In this document: one piece after another, positions 1 to 12,575 of the stretch
Numbering within the stretch: position 1 is the stretch's first letter
Layout: each line of letters opens with the position of its first letter
Assembly: GCF_021028975.2 (NCBI RefSeq)
Contig: NC_059437.1
Span: 45,198,001 to 45,262,000, forward strand
From: Sphaerodactylus townsendi
Lineage: Eukaryota
Length of the DNA stretch: 64,000 nt
Reading direction: 5' to 3'
Position numbers and translations under genes: made by a program
Notes under the pieces: generated by a model
Databases searched by the model: none
What the model was told of the DNA's origin: nothing
The model's input: the letters and a program-made list of their open reading frames with translations, nothing else

Positions 1-2189
1 GTATAACTTTCAAAGAGATCCACTCATGGTATAGATGCCAAGGATCAAGATGAAGAAGAAGAAATGCTTGGCTGTTGGGCAATAGAAGGTGGAAGTAAAT
101 ATTGGCCCCGGGAAAAACCAATACTTTCTATTGTTACTTCTTCCCCAGCCACTTTCCTGGCAATCATTGTTGGTGTTATCTATAACATGTCTGGTTTATT
201 GTTGATTCAGACGTGTGGATCTGTTATATGAATGTGTGGGGATCTAAACATTCCCTGGGGGGGCTCCGTGGCTCCGTTCAGGTCCCCCTCATTCCAGCGG
301 CTTAGCTGCCTGCTGGTGTTGGGGGAAAAGACCCTTTTCTGCAGACAAAACATCGCCTCGGAAATAAATCCCGGGACTCCAGTCCACTAGACACAACGAA
401 GCGTTTAAACAACCCAGACGTCGACGGGGGCCAGGAGGAGCACAAACTGGAGCCAACCGGTTGTGACTCCTATTTTTGTTCCCCTTGTGTAATGGGCAAG
501 CTGCGGGATCTTTCTTAGCAGGCCTACTCCGAAGTAGACCCAGTGAGACCCAAGTGTACCCATGGAGGCTTGCTGGTTGGTTTGGGGGAGTTCTTCACAT
601 CCCACTTGCTAGTCGGAGTAAAACAGGCCGAGGTGGCGAGGTGGAAAGCCCACTCATTTGGATTCTGCCTGCAAGGGAGGTTGCCATCGGCCGGGAGAGG
701 AAGCCCTGTCCCTTTAATACAGGCTTTAAAGGACGCTATTCACCAGGTGAGGTTATTTACTTTCATGCAGTGAAAGGCACCATCAAGGAAGCAGCGGGGC
801 TCCTTTCTCCAGCTCAGCTGGCAGCTCTAACGATTACTCTTATTAATATTTTTATCCTGCCTTAGACAAATACGTCTAGGCGGCTCACAATAAAATCAGA
901 CTAATAAAACATACAAAAGATAAAATAACAAACCTGAGAACTCTAAGGCTATAAGAGGAGAGCTGGGCCGCAGTTACAACCGAAGTTTCTTAGTAGTAAA
1001 AAATAAATAAACCTGTGTTTTGGAGATGGGATAGCTTTCGGGGGGGGGGGGGGATTTCCTTGGCCAGCCTGAACGAGAGAAGCGGCTAACATAATTGGTG
1101 GGAGCTCTTTAACATTATTGCCCACCTTGTGCACGGCGCTGTACAGAAGGAAGGAAGGAATCAGGAGCCCAAGAAATCTCAAGGAAACCTCCATGAAACC
1201 GGAGTGATTTCAGATCCGCGTGGCAACCTGCCTTTGGAGACGGGGGGGGGGGCATCTTCGTTCCCCCTCCTCCCCTTGCTCAATCTCCGCTCACTGGGGG
1301 TGGGTGGGACTCGGGAGGCAGCCGGCAAGAAAACCCAGAAACGTGGGCGGGATCGTGCCCGACAATACTTAACACTTTTGTGGAATTTCCCATCACAGAT
1401 AAAACGGGTCTTCAGGGTCAGGGGATGACAGGAAGAAGTAGATCCCTGCTCTAGATCTCCTGGGGATTTCTTCTTCTTCTTCTTACATGGGGGGGGGGGG
1501 TCAGAAGGGGCCGCGACGACCAGAGGGGGTCCCCCCCCCCACAAAGATAGCTTACATGTTAAAACAGCGAGAGGAGGAGAATCTCAATAATTTTTTTTCA
1601 AAAAGAACGCAAAAGCACCCTTAAATAAGGTCTACATTACACCTGCGCACACCTTGGGTGGGGCGCATGCTTCTTGTCCACTTATCGAAAACATGCCGAA
1701 TTCTCAAAGCGGTTACAAGTAAACAAAATGGTCACAAAGTCAGGAAGCAACCAGTTAAATAAAAGCTCGTTATTTCAAGCCCATGCAATTGCTCGCATTC
1801 AGAGTGTTTCTGACTGTTTTGCTGAGTTCATTCTCTCCTCTGGGGCTACCACCGAGAAGGCCATTTAATGGAAACAGCCCCAAGCCCTTTACAAATTTAA
1901 GCATCGCATAAGCATTATGCCCCAGTTTTAGGAAATGCATGTATTTATGCAGCGGCTAGAGTGCTTGGCTAGAACTGGGGAAAATTGGATTTCAACCCCT
2001 GCCATGGAGCTAGGTCAGTCACTGTTTTTTAGTCTGACCTACCTCACAGGTCCGTTGTGAAAATAAAATTGGAGAGAGGTTTCAAAGGCAGTATAACAAA
2101 CATAAATAAGCAGACACAATATTGTTATTGACTGAAACAGAGGTCCAAAGAAAACGAGCCTGATTTTATCCAGAAGTGGCCGCTACATT

Positions 2190-2345
2190 GTGACCTTGGG
2201 CTAGTCACAGTTCTTCGGAGCTCTCTCGACCCCACCCACCTCACTGGGTGTTTGTTGGGGGGGGGGAGGGAAAGGAAATAGATTGTAAGCCCCTTTGAGT
2301 CTCCTTACAGGAGAGAAAGTGGGATATAAATCCAAACTCTCCTCT
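2190..2345 (+). mobile_element. Squam3-like tRNA-derived SINE, 3' part
   Basis: gtgaccttgggctagtcacag...ttgagtctccttacaggagagaaag...taaatccaaactc, a motif recurring about 15 times in the window. Confidence 0.7.
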
Positions 2346-2350
2346 GGGGA

Positions 2351-2472
2351 GTGTAACAGACTTCCCTCTGTGATACACCTCTAAAGATGCCAGCCACAGA
2401 TGCAGGCGAAACGTTAGGAACAAGATCCACCAGACCACGGCCACGCAGCCCGGGAAACCCACCACAACCAGT
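2351..2472 (+). mobile_element. Penelope-like element terminal fragment inserted in a SINE tail
   Basis: gatgccagccacagatgcaggcgaaacgttaggaacaagatccaccagaccacggcc; taaatccaaactc is duplicated on both sides. Confidence 0.7.
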
Positions 2473-2920
2473 TAAATCCAAACTCCTCCTCTTCCTCCTC
2501 CTCCTTCACACATGCTGGGTTTCATGGGACTTAGTTCCTAGTGCGCACACAGGATCGCAGATAAGAGACCCTGATCCAAAGAAACAGCCCACATTTGCGC
2601 AGACTCTCGGAGTAACCCAAAAAGAGGAGAGGACGAGAGAATAGATGCTCTACGCCGCTCTTTTCCAAGTCCGGAAGAAGACTCTAGAGTCGTCTCATCT
2701 TTCGCCTGTAAAAAGACAAGAGATCCTGTTTGCCCAAATATCACCCACCCACACAGCTCTTTCACTGTGAACAAGCAAGGCCATCAAAATCGCGAGGGCG
2801 AAACTGAACACTAAACAGATCTCAGACCTTTCAATGGCCCCGTGGATTAGCCCCCCCTCCTGAAATGGTCCGGTCGTCAAACCAGCTTTAAATAGATGCT
2901 GAGGGAATCTGCGGTGGGCA

Positions 2921-3395
2921 AGAATAAGAGTTTTGATTTATACCCCATTTTTCTCTCCTGTAGGGAGCCTCCAGGCGGCTTACAAGCTCCTGTCCCTTCC
3001 TCCCGCACGACAGACACCTTGTTAGGTAGGCAGGGGTGGGAGAGTTCTGAGAGAACTGTGAGCTCCCGGTTTCTCTTTTGGGGTAGAGGCCCAAGCTCAG
3101 CGGTGGGAGTCCAACTTGGCACACAGTTCATTCCTTGCCTCTTCAAATAGAGGGTTCCACTTGAGCTGTGGAGGTTTAACTGGTGAAGCACATGCCAGCT
3201 GGGTGACCTTGGGCTAGTCACAGCTCTTCTGAGCTCTCTCAGCCCCACCTACCTCACAGGGTGTTTGTTGTGAGGGGGGGGGAAGGGAAAGGAGATTGTA
3301 AACCCCTTTGAGTCTCCTACAGGAGAAAAAGGGGGGATATAAATCCAAACACCACCATCTCTTACTCTCCTCCTCCTCCTCCTCCTCCTCCTCCT
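2921..3395. mobile_element. Two Squam3-like SINE fragments in opposite orientation (2921-3062 minus, 3158-3395 plus with (CCT)n tail)
   Basis: Same body and tail motifs as the other copies. Confidence 0.7.
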
Positions 3396-4146
3396 TTGGG
3401 TGGCAGGAGTTGAAGGTACCTGCCCCAACTTCCCTGAGGAGGGGCTGCCAGTCCGAGCAGGGAACTGGAAAGGTCCAAGGCGTAACTCCACCAAGGGAGC
3501 TTCAATTTTCGAAAAGTTAAGCTTCTCGGAAAGAACCTGGTGGTTCCGGCCTGTTCCTGCCGGCGGCTTCCTGGCTTTGTAGTTCCAGAATTCCGGAACC
3601 TCCACCCTAAGGAAGAACATGATTCGAGTCCAGTAAACTCCAGCCAACTTCCCCAGGGTGCGAAGGCTTGCGGGACTGAAAGCTCCCTTTACCAGAAGTG
3701 ACTCACCAAACCTGAACACACTACTAGAGAATCGTGCAGGTCTCGGAAGGACTGCTGCTGGGCTCGATTTTTGTTCTGCTAGAAACTACTCCTAAGAGTG
3801 AGCGGGATAATTTCACTGTTCCAAATACCCCAAGGCTGAGGAAGGTGGAGGGGGTCCCCAAAAACTGAAATAAACATTAAAATCCTCGAAACACCGCCCT
3901 ACTAGGAGTCTGTTCAGGACCCCTGCCCAAATAATTTCTACTCCTTCAGAAGGCCTTTGCTGGACCGGACCTAAGTCCACCTGGTTGGACATGACTTACA
4001 AGGATGGAAGGAGGAGCAGGTACTTTCCTTCCATTCAGCTGCCCCCTCAGAAATTCTTTCCCTGCTTTATTATTAAGGCCTAATGCCTTAAAAAGGCGCT
4101 CCCGGGATCCAACCGCTGTCTTCTAGACCTTCCAGCTCAGATCTGT

Positions 4147-4341
4147 CACTTGAGCTGTGGAGACTTATCTGGTGAACCAGATTAACTTGTGCACTCCACC
4201 ACAGATCAGCTGGGTGACCTTGGGCTAGTCACAGTTTGTCTGAGCTCTCTCTGACCCACTCACCTCACAGGGTGTTTGTTGTAAGGGTGGGGAGAGAAAG
4301 GAGATTGTAAACCCCTTTGAGTCTCCTTACAGGAGAGAAAG
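4147..4341 (+). mobile_element. Squam3-like SINE running into the gap
   Basis: gcttatctggtgaaccag-type body and ttgagtctccttacaggagagaaag. Confidence 0.7.
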
Positions 4342-4482
4342 NNNNNNNNNNNNNNNNNNNNNNNNNNNNNNNNNNNNNNNNNNNNNNNNNNNNNNNNNNN
4401 NNNNNNNNNNNNNNNNNNNNNNNNNNNNNNNNNNNNNNNNNNNNNNNNNNNNNNNNNNNNNNNNNNNNNNNNNNNNNNNNNN
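4342..4482. other. Assembly gap (141 N)
   Basis: Run of N. Confidence 1.
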
Positions 4483-5689
4483 TGCTTGACTCCTGACCCT
4501 TTCACGGGTCCAGTGAAGCTCCAGTGGCAACTCTCACGTGTGAATGAATGACCCATTACCGGTCAAACCCCCGTGGAGCTTTTATGTCACCAATGTCCCC
4601 TACCCACTCCCCAGGTCAGAAGCATGTCATGCTCCCTTGGGAAATGTGATGAGCATGCGTTTGTTGATTCCTGGGGAATGCACTTTGTACATGCTCAGAG
4701 GCTCCTCGGTGTTGGTTCTATGATTTCCCACCTGCCGCTACAAGTGGTTCCACAACTCGTAGGTTGCCAGCCGAAGTCCTGCCTGGAATTCGAAGTCCTG
4801 TGGTTTTCGGCTTGATCAATAGAGATGAACTTGGAAACATGGCTAAGAAGGGAAGAGGCGGCGCAGTACGTGTTATTGGCGGCAGTTTCCCAGCTCAGAC
4901 GCGGTTCCTTTAAATGGGGAGGGGACCCCCTTCAAGTACTGAGGAATGCGAAAGAGGAGAAGTGAGGGGCGGGGGTGGACGGGAAGAGACGATGAAGATT
5001 GAGAGCGAAGAAGATGAAAGGCAGGAGGAGAGGCTGGGGTGGATCGGCCTGGGGAAGGAAGGAGGGGGGGTCACCGCAGAAGCCAGCATAGCATAGAAAA
5101 CTGGGGGTGGGGGGATCCGCAAGCGATATGGCCAGAATACACAAAGGAAGGGTTTGCAGAAGAGACCCACAGAAGCTGTGAGAGATGGATTTAGTACATT
5201 TTCTCCACTCTTTACTACATGTTTACTACTACTCCTTACTCCATCGTTACTACTACTTCATAAAAACCATTAAGGCGCATAAGCAAGCGAGGAAGAGGTT
5301 TACAATCCAGGATGAATGGGCAGAGAGGCGATAGCAAAATCTAGCCGGTGGGCAGAGACCGACTTTACTATGAATGACTTGGGGGTCTCTTAGGGCCCAC
5401 GGGGCTTGCTTAATTTGAACTCAGGCCCGGCATCGGTTCTAAGTGAAGTCACTAGTAGAGAACAGACTGTTTCCGAACATGTGCAGAATGTCTTTTGCTC
5501 TGCTTCAAATCAGCCTTTTCCAGGCAACGCAGCAGGCTTTCGAGGGGAATCCCTTTGTCCGGAAGCAAACCTCTGAGAATAGACGTGGGTGCAGAGGAAG
5601 AGATCTAGGGATCTACCGGATCTGACTTTACGTTTTTTTTCCTGCGTGCTAATTCGGAACCAGAATGAAATAATCGACCTGCAACAAAC

Positions 5690-8400
5690 TTGGCTAGTTC
5701 CTTGCAACCTGCGCGGGAAAGGAAGGCGCGCTGCGGCTGCCAGTTGAGCCTAGCCAGTGGCTACTGAATCCGTGCGCGGGGAGGCCTTTCCATGCTCCAT
5801 ACTAATCCCGCAGCTGCTGGGACTCTGTTGTGCCTCCTAGACAGCTGACCCCGGGCTTATTTTGGGCCCCTTCTCCCCTCTCCAGACCACCACTCCTTCG
5901 CCTCCCCATCTGCACCCCGCTTTTCAGTTGTCCCCCAAGGTGCTTGGATTTATACGAGGCCCCCGGCCCCCCATTCACCAGGGAGGAAAAGGACACGTCC
6001 AGTTTCATGCCCCCATTTCCTTCTCCCACTCCAAGAACAGAGCATTGCTTTGAGGACTGGGGGGCGGGGGTGGTGGTTAGGAGAGGAAGCAAGCGCCGCC
6101 ACGGGGCTGTGGGGATCCCGGGCTGAGAAGCTAGGATCTGGCCCTCCGGGGTGCAGTGAGAGGAGGCTGCCCCCCCACACAAATGTCTGTGCCCCCCCCC
6201 CAAAAAAAAATCAGGGCCGCCCTGAGCCCGGTTTGACCTGGGCAGGGTCTCTTCCTGTAGATCCCGGTTCTAAGAGGGCTCCAGGGCGGACAGGATAACC
6301 GGGTGGGGTGGGGGATGGTGGCGAGGGGGGGTTCTGGTTGCCACTCAAGCCGCCCAAAGCCGGCGGGGAGGGCGGCGCGGCGCCTCCAATGAGACGGGCC
6401 GGGGATCGCGGGGCGTCTTTTGCGGAAGCTCCCAGCCAGCCGCGGAGAAGGACCGAGCCGGGAGTCGTCTGGAAAGGCTCGGCGGAGTTCAGGCGGCGCT
6501 GCGGGTCGGAGGAGGCCATCGCCTGGCCCGGGCCGTAAGTCTCCGTCTCTCCTCGCCGGTGGTGGCTGCCTTTAAAGGCGGGGAGGGGGATCTGGGTTTG
6601 CAGGGAGCCATTAACCCTTGCCCTCCCGGTCGCCAGCCGCGCGTGGCTTTGCGGGGAAAGTGGCGCAGCGCGATCCGAGGCATTACTTCCCCCCCTAAGC
6701 GAAGCGGAGTGGGCGGCGGGTCAGTCCAACTGGACTCTGCTTTTGACAGCTGGGCCTAGAAAACCACCCTCTGCTGCCCGAGTCAGGTCACGTTTACTCG
6801 GGAGTAAGTCCGTCCCCCTCGTTTCCAAACCTATTTCCGAGTAAAGATGCGTGGAATCCAACCCTAGTGTGATTTACCGTACTAACAATAACCTTGTTGA
6901 CTACTTGCTGACTAACGATCTTGTTGACTAATTAATAATAATAGTTGTCGCGATTGTTGTTGTTCATTATGATTGGTTCCGTTGGAAGAATCAGCGCTAT
7001 TAATAAACCTCGACGGCTAATCGATAACTCCCGCGCCGCCCCCGCTGCTGAGAATCGCCTTTCTAGTAGTAATTTCCCTCCTTTGCAACAACTCACTCCC
7101 GTTCTTTAGCTGAGCGGAGCAAATAGGTTTCGCGAGGACTCATTTGCATCTTTCAAGATTGCCGGCCGGTGAATGTTTACTCGAGAGTAAGTTCCACCGA
7201 ATCCACCGGCACTTTTTCTCAAGTACCTGGGAAAGCAGAGCCCGACCAAGTCAACTGGTTTGGGGAGAGCAGAGAAAGTTTCCCAGATTAAAAAGCACCG
7301 TCTTGTGTGGCAGGGTAAATCCCAAGGAAAGAAATCGGATTTACTTTCGAGTAAATGTGGTCGGGATCGGCCTCTTCGATTGAGTTGTTTCTGCATGCTA
7401 CGGTAATTCTGTGCCCAGGCGGTGTTGGCAGAACTTTTTCGGAGCCACCCGCAAGCCACTTAAGCCGGGACGCCTGAATCCAAACATCCTACCCAAAAGA
7501 GAGGAATTAATTGCTCTACAGTCTGGTACTGTGACTTAAGTGGTGTATGGATCTCAGCCAAGGAAATGATCTTGTTGACTAATAATTGTCTCACACACAT
7601 AAGGCGAGAAAGGGGGAGAGTACGTTTATTATTTTCCATATTTTTGTACCCCTCTTTCTGACTCCCAATCCTCTCTCCATCAACAGATATCTATATCGAT
7701 TAAGACATAAAATGTAACAGTGAAGAGAAGGGGGGGGGGGTTAAGAGCGGGACCCGGTCCAGATTTGAGGCGGCCGGTACTTTCCTCTTCTTTCTCCGGC
7801 CACGCTAATCCGGATCTATAGGATACATCCACCCCTCCACGCCCCACGCCCCCCGTAGTTTGCGGCGCGTGTGAACGGAGACAGGCCAGGAGGGCGATCC
7901 AGTTCTCTTCGAAACAGGCGCAACTTCGGCTGTTGGGTCCTGCGGGAGAGGATCTGGTCCAAGGATACGAACTAAAGCCGTGTAAACGCGGCGGGCGGCG
8001 CGTGTCTTTGGCCTGAGAACATGGAAGGAGCGAAGGCTTTATTTAGATGCATTTCAATGGAGTTGCGGCTGGAAAAAGAAGAAGCGGCGAATCTCTAAGG
8101 TTTCTCTCGCTCCAGAACGGGCCCCTTGAAGCAGACTGGCCTGAAACCCGAGCCCGCAGGAGAGGGAAGGGAAAGGGTTAATGGTCTGGTTTAACTACTG
8201 AGAGAGGGGGGGAGAGAGAGGGTGGAGGGGCCGGGGAAGGAAAACTCACTGGAAGTTAGTTAAATTCGCAAACCTGTCCCGACCAAACCCTCGTTGCTGC
8301 CAGACAAGCGCAGCCGGAATCCTTTTTGGTCCTTCCCAAAAGCGGGCTCGAACCCCGCACCCCCAGTGCCGCTGGCACGATCCTTCGATTCGAATTGCGC
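5690..8400. promoter_or_regulatory. Upstream CpG-rich region, candidate distal regulatory element
   Basis: High CpG retention (notably 6280-6740 and 7740-8010) with no recognisable protein-coding content. Confidence 0.5.
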
Positions 8401-8415
8401 CTTCCTCCTCTGGCA

Positions 8416-8567
8416 GGCCCCTTCCGCACATGCAGAACAATGCACTTTCAAGCCACTTTCAATGCACTTTGCAGCTGGATTTTACTCGGTGGAATAGCAA
8501 AATCCACTTGCAAACAACTGTGAAAGTGGATTGAAAGTGCATTATTCTGCATGCGCGGAAGCCGCCC
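8416..8567. mobile_element. PIF/Harbinger-type palindromic MITE, family A
   Basis: Long TIRs GGCCCCTTCCGCACATGCAGAATAATGCACTTTCAA; 3-bp flanking duplication. Confidence 0.8.
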
Positions 8568-9060
8568 CAGGGTCCCTGAAGCCCTCTGGACTCCGGAGTG
8601 GAATCCCCTTCTCTGCCTACCCCATTCTGACCCTTAAGGAAGGTCCCCAGTCCAGTTCCTTAGTTGGCCAGAATCCGGGAGGAGATTCACACACACACAC
8701 CAGATCACATGAGCCTTATGGTCAGTATCCTAAGCAAAGGACCCGGTCTGGAAAGGCTCCATGCATTATCTTGGCGGCTAGCAACTCCATTCACAACACT
8801 CACCCCTTTTCAGGGAGAGTGGATGGAGCCGAAATTTAGGGAAAGGGTTGGACTGGGTGATCTCAGTGCCAGCCCCCCAGTTAGAGATGGGGGGCTGTTT
8901 GGATGAGACCCTTCTTTTGGTCGGTTTGAAGGGGCTTTGGATGGCAAGAGGGGACAGCCGGAGACTGAGGAATGGTTTCAAGATGCAAAATCCCCAGGGA
9001 TTTCGCTCTTTTGCAGGCAAGACATCATACATGTTTAATTCAAGAAGGGAATGGTTTGTT

Positions 9061-9072
9061 CCTGTTTGTTTA
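9061..9072 (-). promoter_or_regulatory. Forkhead (Fox) binding site TAAACAAACAGG, candidate Tbx1 upstream enhancer core
   Basis: Overlapping RYAAAYA-type motifs in non-repetitive DNA about 14.6 kb upstream of ATG 23682. Confidence 0.4.
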
Positions 9073-10260
9073 AAGATTTCTACCCCACTTGTCCAGCAGA
9101 TCAAGGCACCTTAGGTTGCAATCGCCCCCCCCCCCACCACTCAGTTTGGTTACTTCTGGTTTAATTCCCCCCCCCAAAAAAATTAAAGATCCCCCCCCCA
9201 AGACAAGTTCTACATTTAAATGAGCAGTTCTGTTTACTTAGAAGTTCCAGTCTGTCCAATGGGGCTTTCCCCCAGGTGAGCCTGCCAGGGATTGTAACTT
9301 TAGCCAGTAATGCAGAATCACTGAATGAATTCCATTGAACTCAGAGGACGTTACTTCTGCATAGCTCATCCCACCCCCCAAAATTAACGGAATTGAATTG
9401 CAATGTATTTTGCCATCAGGTCACAGCCATCTGGTGGCCTGGTAGGGTTTTCAAGGCCAGAGAGGAACCACGGGCCATTCACCATGGCCCACCTCTGCAT
9501 GGCAGCCCAGAGGCAGCTCTGCAATCTCCCATCTAACCCCACCCCACCCCCCACCCCCTGTTTAGCTTCTGGGATCTTCCTTTCTCATTCCTTTACTGTT
9601 CTGGGAGTCTGCTGTGTCCTGGTTGAACTGGATGATTTCTAAACTGGATTCTGTAAGTGGAACGTGCACAGTTAGTCACTTCTCCCTTTTGTCGTGAGTG
9701 CATTGATCAAATATGTTTCGAAAACAATCTTGCTGGCATTTGTCTTGAGTGAATCAACAGTTTTTCATGCAGCGTTTGGCTAATGCAGGCATATATTCTT
9801 ATGTACTGGCAACGGGGCGTGCATGGGGAAAGGAGTCCTAAAAAGCAACCCAAAGGGGCTGCACATATTTTGCTTATTTCTACACTCAGTTAAAACCCAC
9901 CATTCACGCCCATGGGGACCTGAAACAGTTTGCATCATTCTTCTTATCTTCCCAGCAATCTTGTGAGGCTGAGAGAGGGACTGGTCCAAAGTCACCTCCG
10001 TAGCAGAGTCGAGATTCGAACCTGAGTCTCTTGGATCCAAATTCAATGCTCTAACCACTACACAACACTGGCTGTCATGTCCATACATCCTTCCCTCATC
10101 CATCCTTTCCTTATAGAAAATATGACTGGGGGATTTAGAAAGTCATCATACAACAGTGAATCTCACGGGATGACACTGAGCCATGAGTGTAACCTACCTT
10201 ACAGGGGTGTTGTGAGGACAAAATGCCTTGTCTCCCTGAAGAAAGGGTGTAATTAACTAG

Positions 10261-10401
10261 GGCTCATTCTGCACATGCAGAATAATGCACTTTCAAACTG
10301 CTTTCAGTGCTCTTTGAAGCTGTGCGGAATGGCAAAATCCACTTGCAAACAGTTGTGAAAGTGGTTTGAAAATGCATTATTTTGCGTGTGCGGAAGGGGC
10401 C
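10261..10401. mobile_element. MITE family A, young subfamily
   Basis: 141 bp with TAG TSD; only 3 differences from the copy at 56671-56811. Confidence 0.88.
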
Positions 10402-11227
10402 TAGAACTCTAAAATCCAGAACAGGAGAAATTTAGAAATATTCCTAAGTAGTTATCTTATTTCCTATCTACCAGGATTCCAGCAAATGTGTTCCAAAGTG
10501 GACTCACACTAGATAACAAATGTTATAAAACTAAGTTCCACTTATTGATCTGTTAAATAGCTAAAGCAAATGTTATGGAACACAAAGGACAATCAAGTTT
10601 TTAACAAAAACAGTCTGTATCGCAAAACCCACACTAAGTCCGGGTGCAAAGGAAAATTGGGTTTTGCATTGAATCATTGCATTTCTAAATAATAAATAGA
10701 CAATTGTGCAAGTTTGCAAGTTCCCCAGAATTCTTGATCAAGGTGGATGTTAAGTACAAATATTTATAAATTTCAATGGAAGTGAAGTGGAGAGATTTTT
10801 AAACCTGCTGTATGAGTCCCGGAGTCTGCAGTTTCCAGATCCTTTAGACTGGAGGCATGCTGACTGTGTATTCCAGGACTTTGGCTTTTGGAATTCTTCT
10901 GAGAACTTTCCCAGCTACTGGCAATCCTTCTTTAATTAGTTAATTGTAACAGACTGCCAGCATTATTCACCCTGTGCACTAATTGTGGCCCAAGGCGCTG
11001 CTCACCCCAATTGCTAGCGACAGGCCTACAACCACAAATTGATCAGTGTTCAGATTATCTTGTCTGGAATCTTGTGATCATGAAAGAAGTCTTTTTTTAA
11101 ATAACCGCAAAATGAAGCAGCTCGGTAAGAGAAGCTTCCTCTTCTAGATTTCCTTATTGCTTTTCTTAAAAGCTGTTGAACAATAATTAAGTCACAAAGA
11201 GAGGCTTGGAAACAGATGCAAAACTGA

Positions 11228-11370
11228 GGCCCCTTCCGCACATGCAGAATAATGCACTTTCAATCCACTTTCAAAATGAACTTTGCAGCTGTGCGGAATA
11301 GCAAAATCCACTTGCAAACAATTGTGAAAGTGGATTGAAAGTGCATTATTCTGCATGTGTGGAAGGGGCG
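11228..11370. mobile_element. MITE family A
   Basis: TIRs plus TGA TSD. Confidence 0.85.
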
Positions 11371-12264
11371 TGAGAGGTAGGCAGCCAAGAAGGACTGGAG
11401 TTATGTTTTCAAATACCAAGCCCCTCAAGAAGTCAACATTGACCACCGTGATACCCTTGGCAAGAAAAGGAAGGAGTCAGCCCTCCACCAAATGTATCAT
11501 GTTGTGACAAATAAAAAATGAAAAATAACACCCAATAGAGTCACTGTTCTTAGACCAGGATCATCAGCCTTTATATAGGTAAAGAACTCAACTGTATCAG
11601 CATTCAAAGGACAAGATACAGGAGAAAAGCCAGTGTGAGGAAGCTCATTTGCATAACTGAAAATATGCCTCTTAGCACTACGGATAATTTGACACATTGA
11701 TTAATAATCCATCAAGTTTCTGCAGATCCAACCCTGACAAATGTGAGGCCTTTATTTTAAAGATAAACAAGGAAGGTTTACATTATCCTAATATAATGCT
11801 AGTGCCATTGTGGCACCATCATATGTGGACAGGTGCAAATACATTTTTGAAAATTCTGTAGGACCTAGTTTCTTGGAATAAGAAGTTAAATGGCCTCTTT
11901 CTTTCTTTTTAGCTATTAGCTTCTGAGGCCTAAATATTGTTTTCCCATACTTGGTACAGCCTGTTCTTGAAATAAGAAATATTGTTTTCCCATACCTGGT
12001 ACTGCCTGTTTCCACATCCAGTAATAAAAATATACAGGAACACCCCACGTGGTTGTTTCAGTGCGGTTGCATAAATCTGCACATGACTTTCCACTGTTCA
12101 CCTCTCTCATCTCCCTTTCAGTAAAGTAACTCAAAGGAGTCCTTCACTCCCATCATAATCTTGGTATGCCATTCCCTTCCTTCAGCAATTATTCTAGTGC
12201 CCACCAACCCTTGATTTTCTTCTCTCTGTTAAGTTTCTCTCTGTTTTTCTTCTCTCTGTTAAGT

Positions 12265-12575
12265 TTCAAAGGGTAGTTGTGATGATCTGCAGTAGAAGAG
12301 CTAAATTCGAATTCAGGAGCATCTTAGGCCCCTTCCACACACGCAGAATAATGCACTTTCAATCCACTTTCACAATTGTTTGCAAGTGGATTTTGCTATC
12401 CTGTATGGTAAAATCCAGCAGCAAGGTGCATTGAAAGTGCATTATTCTGCACGTGCGGAAGGGGCCTTAGAGACCAACATTGATTTTGGGGGGAGGAGCT
12501 TCTCTTCTTGAAACAAAGTTCATACCCCCTAAAACTCTTTTGGTCTCCAAGGTTCTCCTGGACTCGAATCTACTT
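12265..12575. mobile_element. Penelope-like terminal remnant interrupted by MITE family A (12327-12466, TTA TSD)
   Basis: Host motif agcatctta/gagaccaac is split by the MITE; related remnants at 22670-22740 and 38352-38535. Confidence 0.65.

Noticed and set aside
1-4140. Endogenous hepadnavirus, deltavirus or retroviral gag/pol
   Set aside because: Partial manual translation showed no diagnostic motifs (YMDD/YxDD, LVVDFSQF, gag zinc knuckle); left as unidentified.
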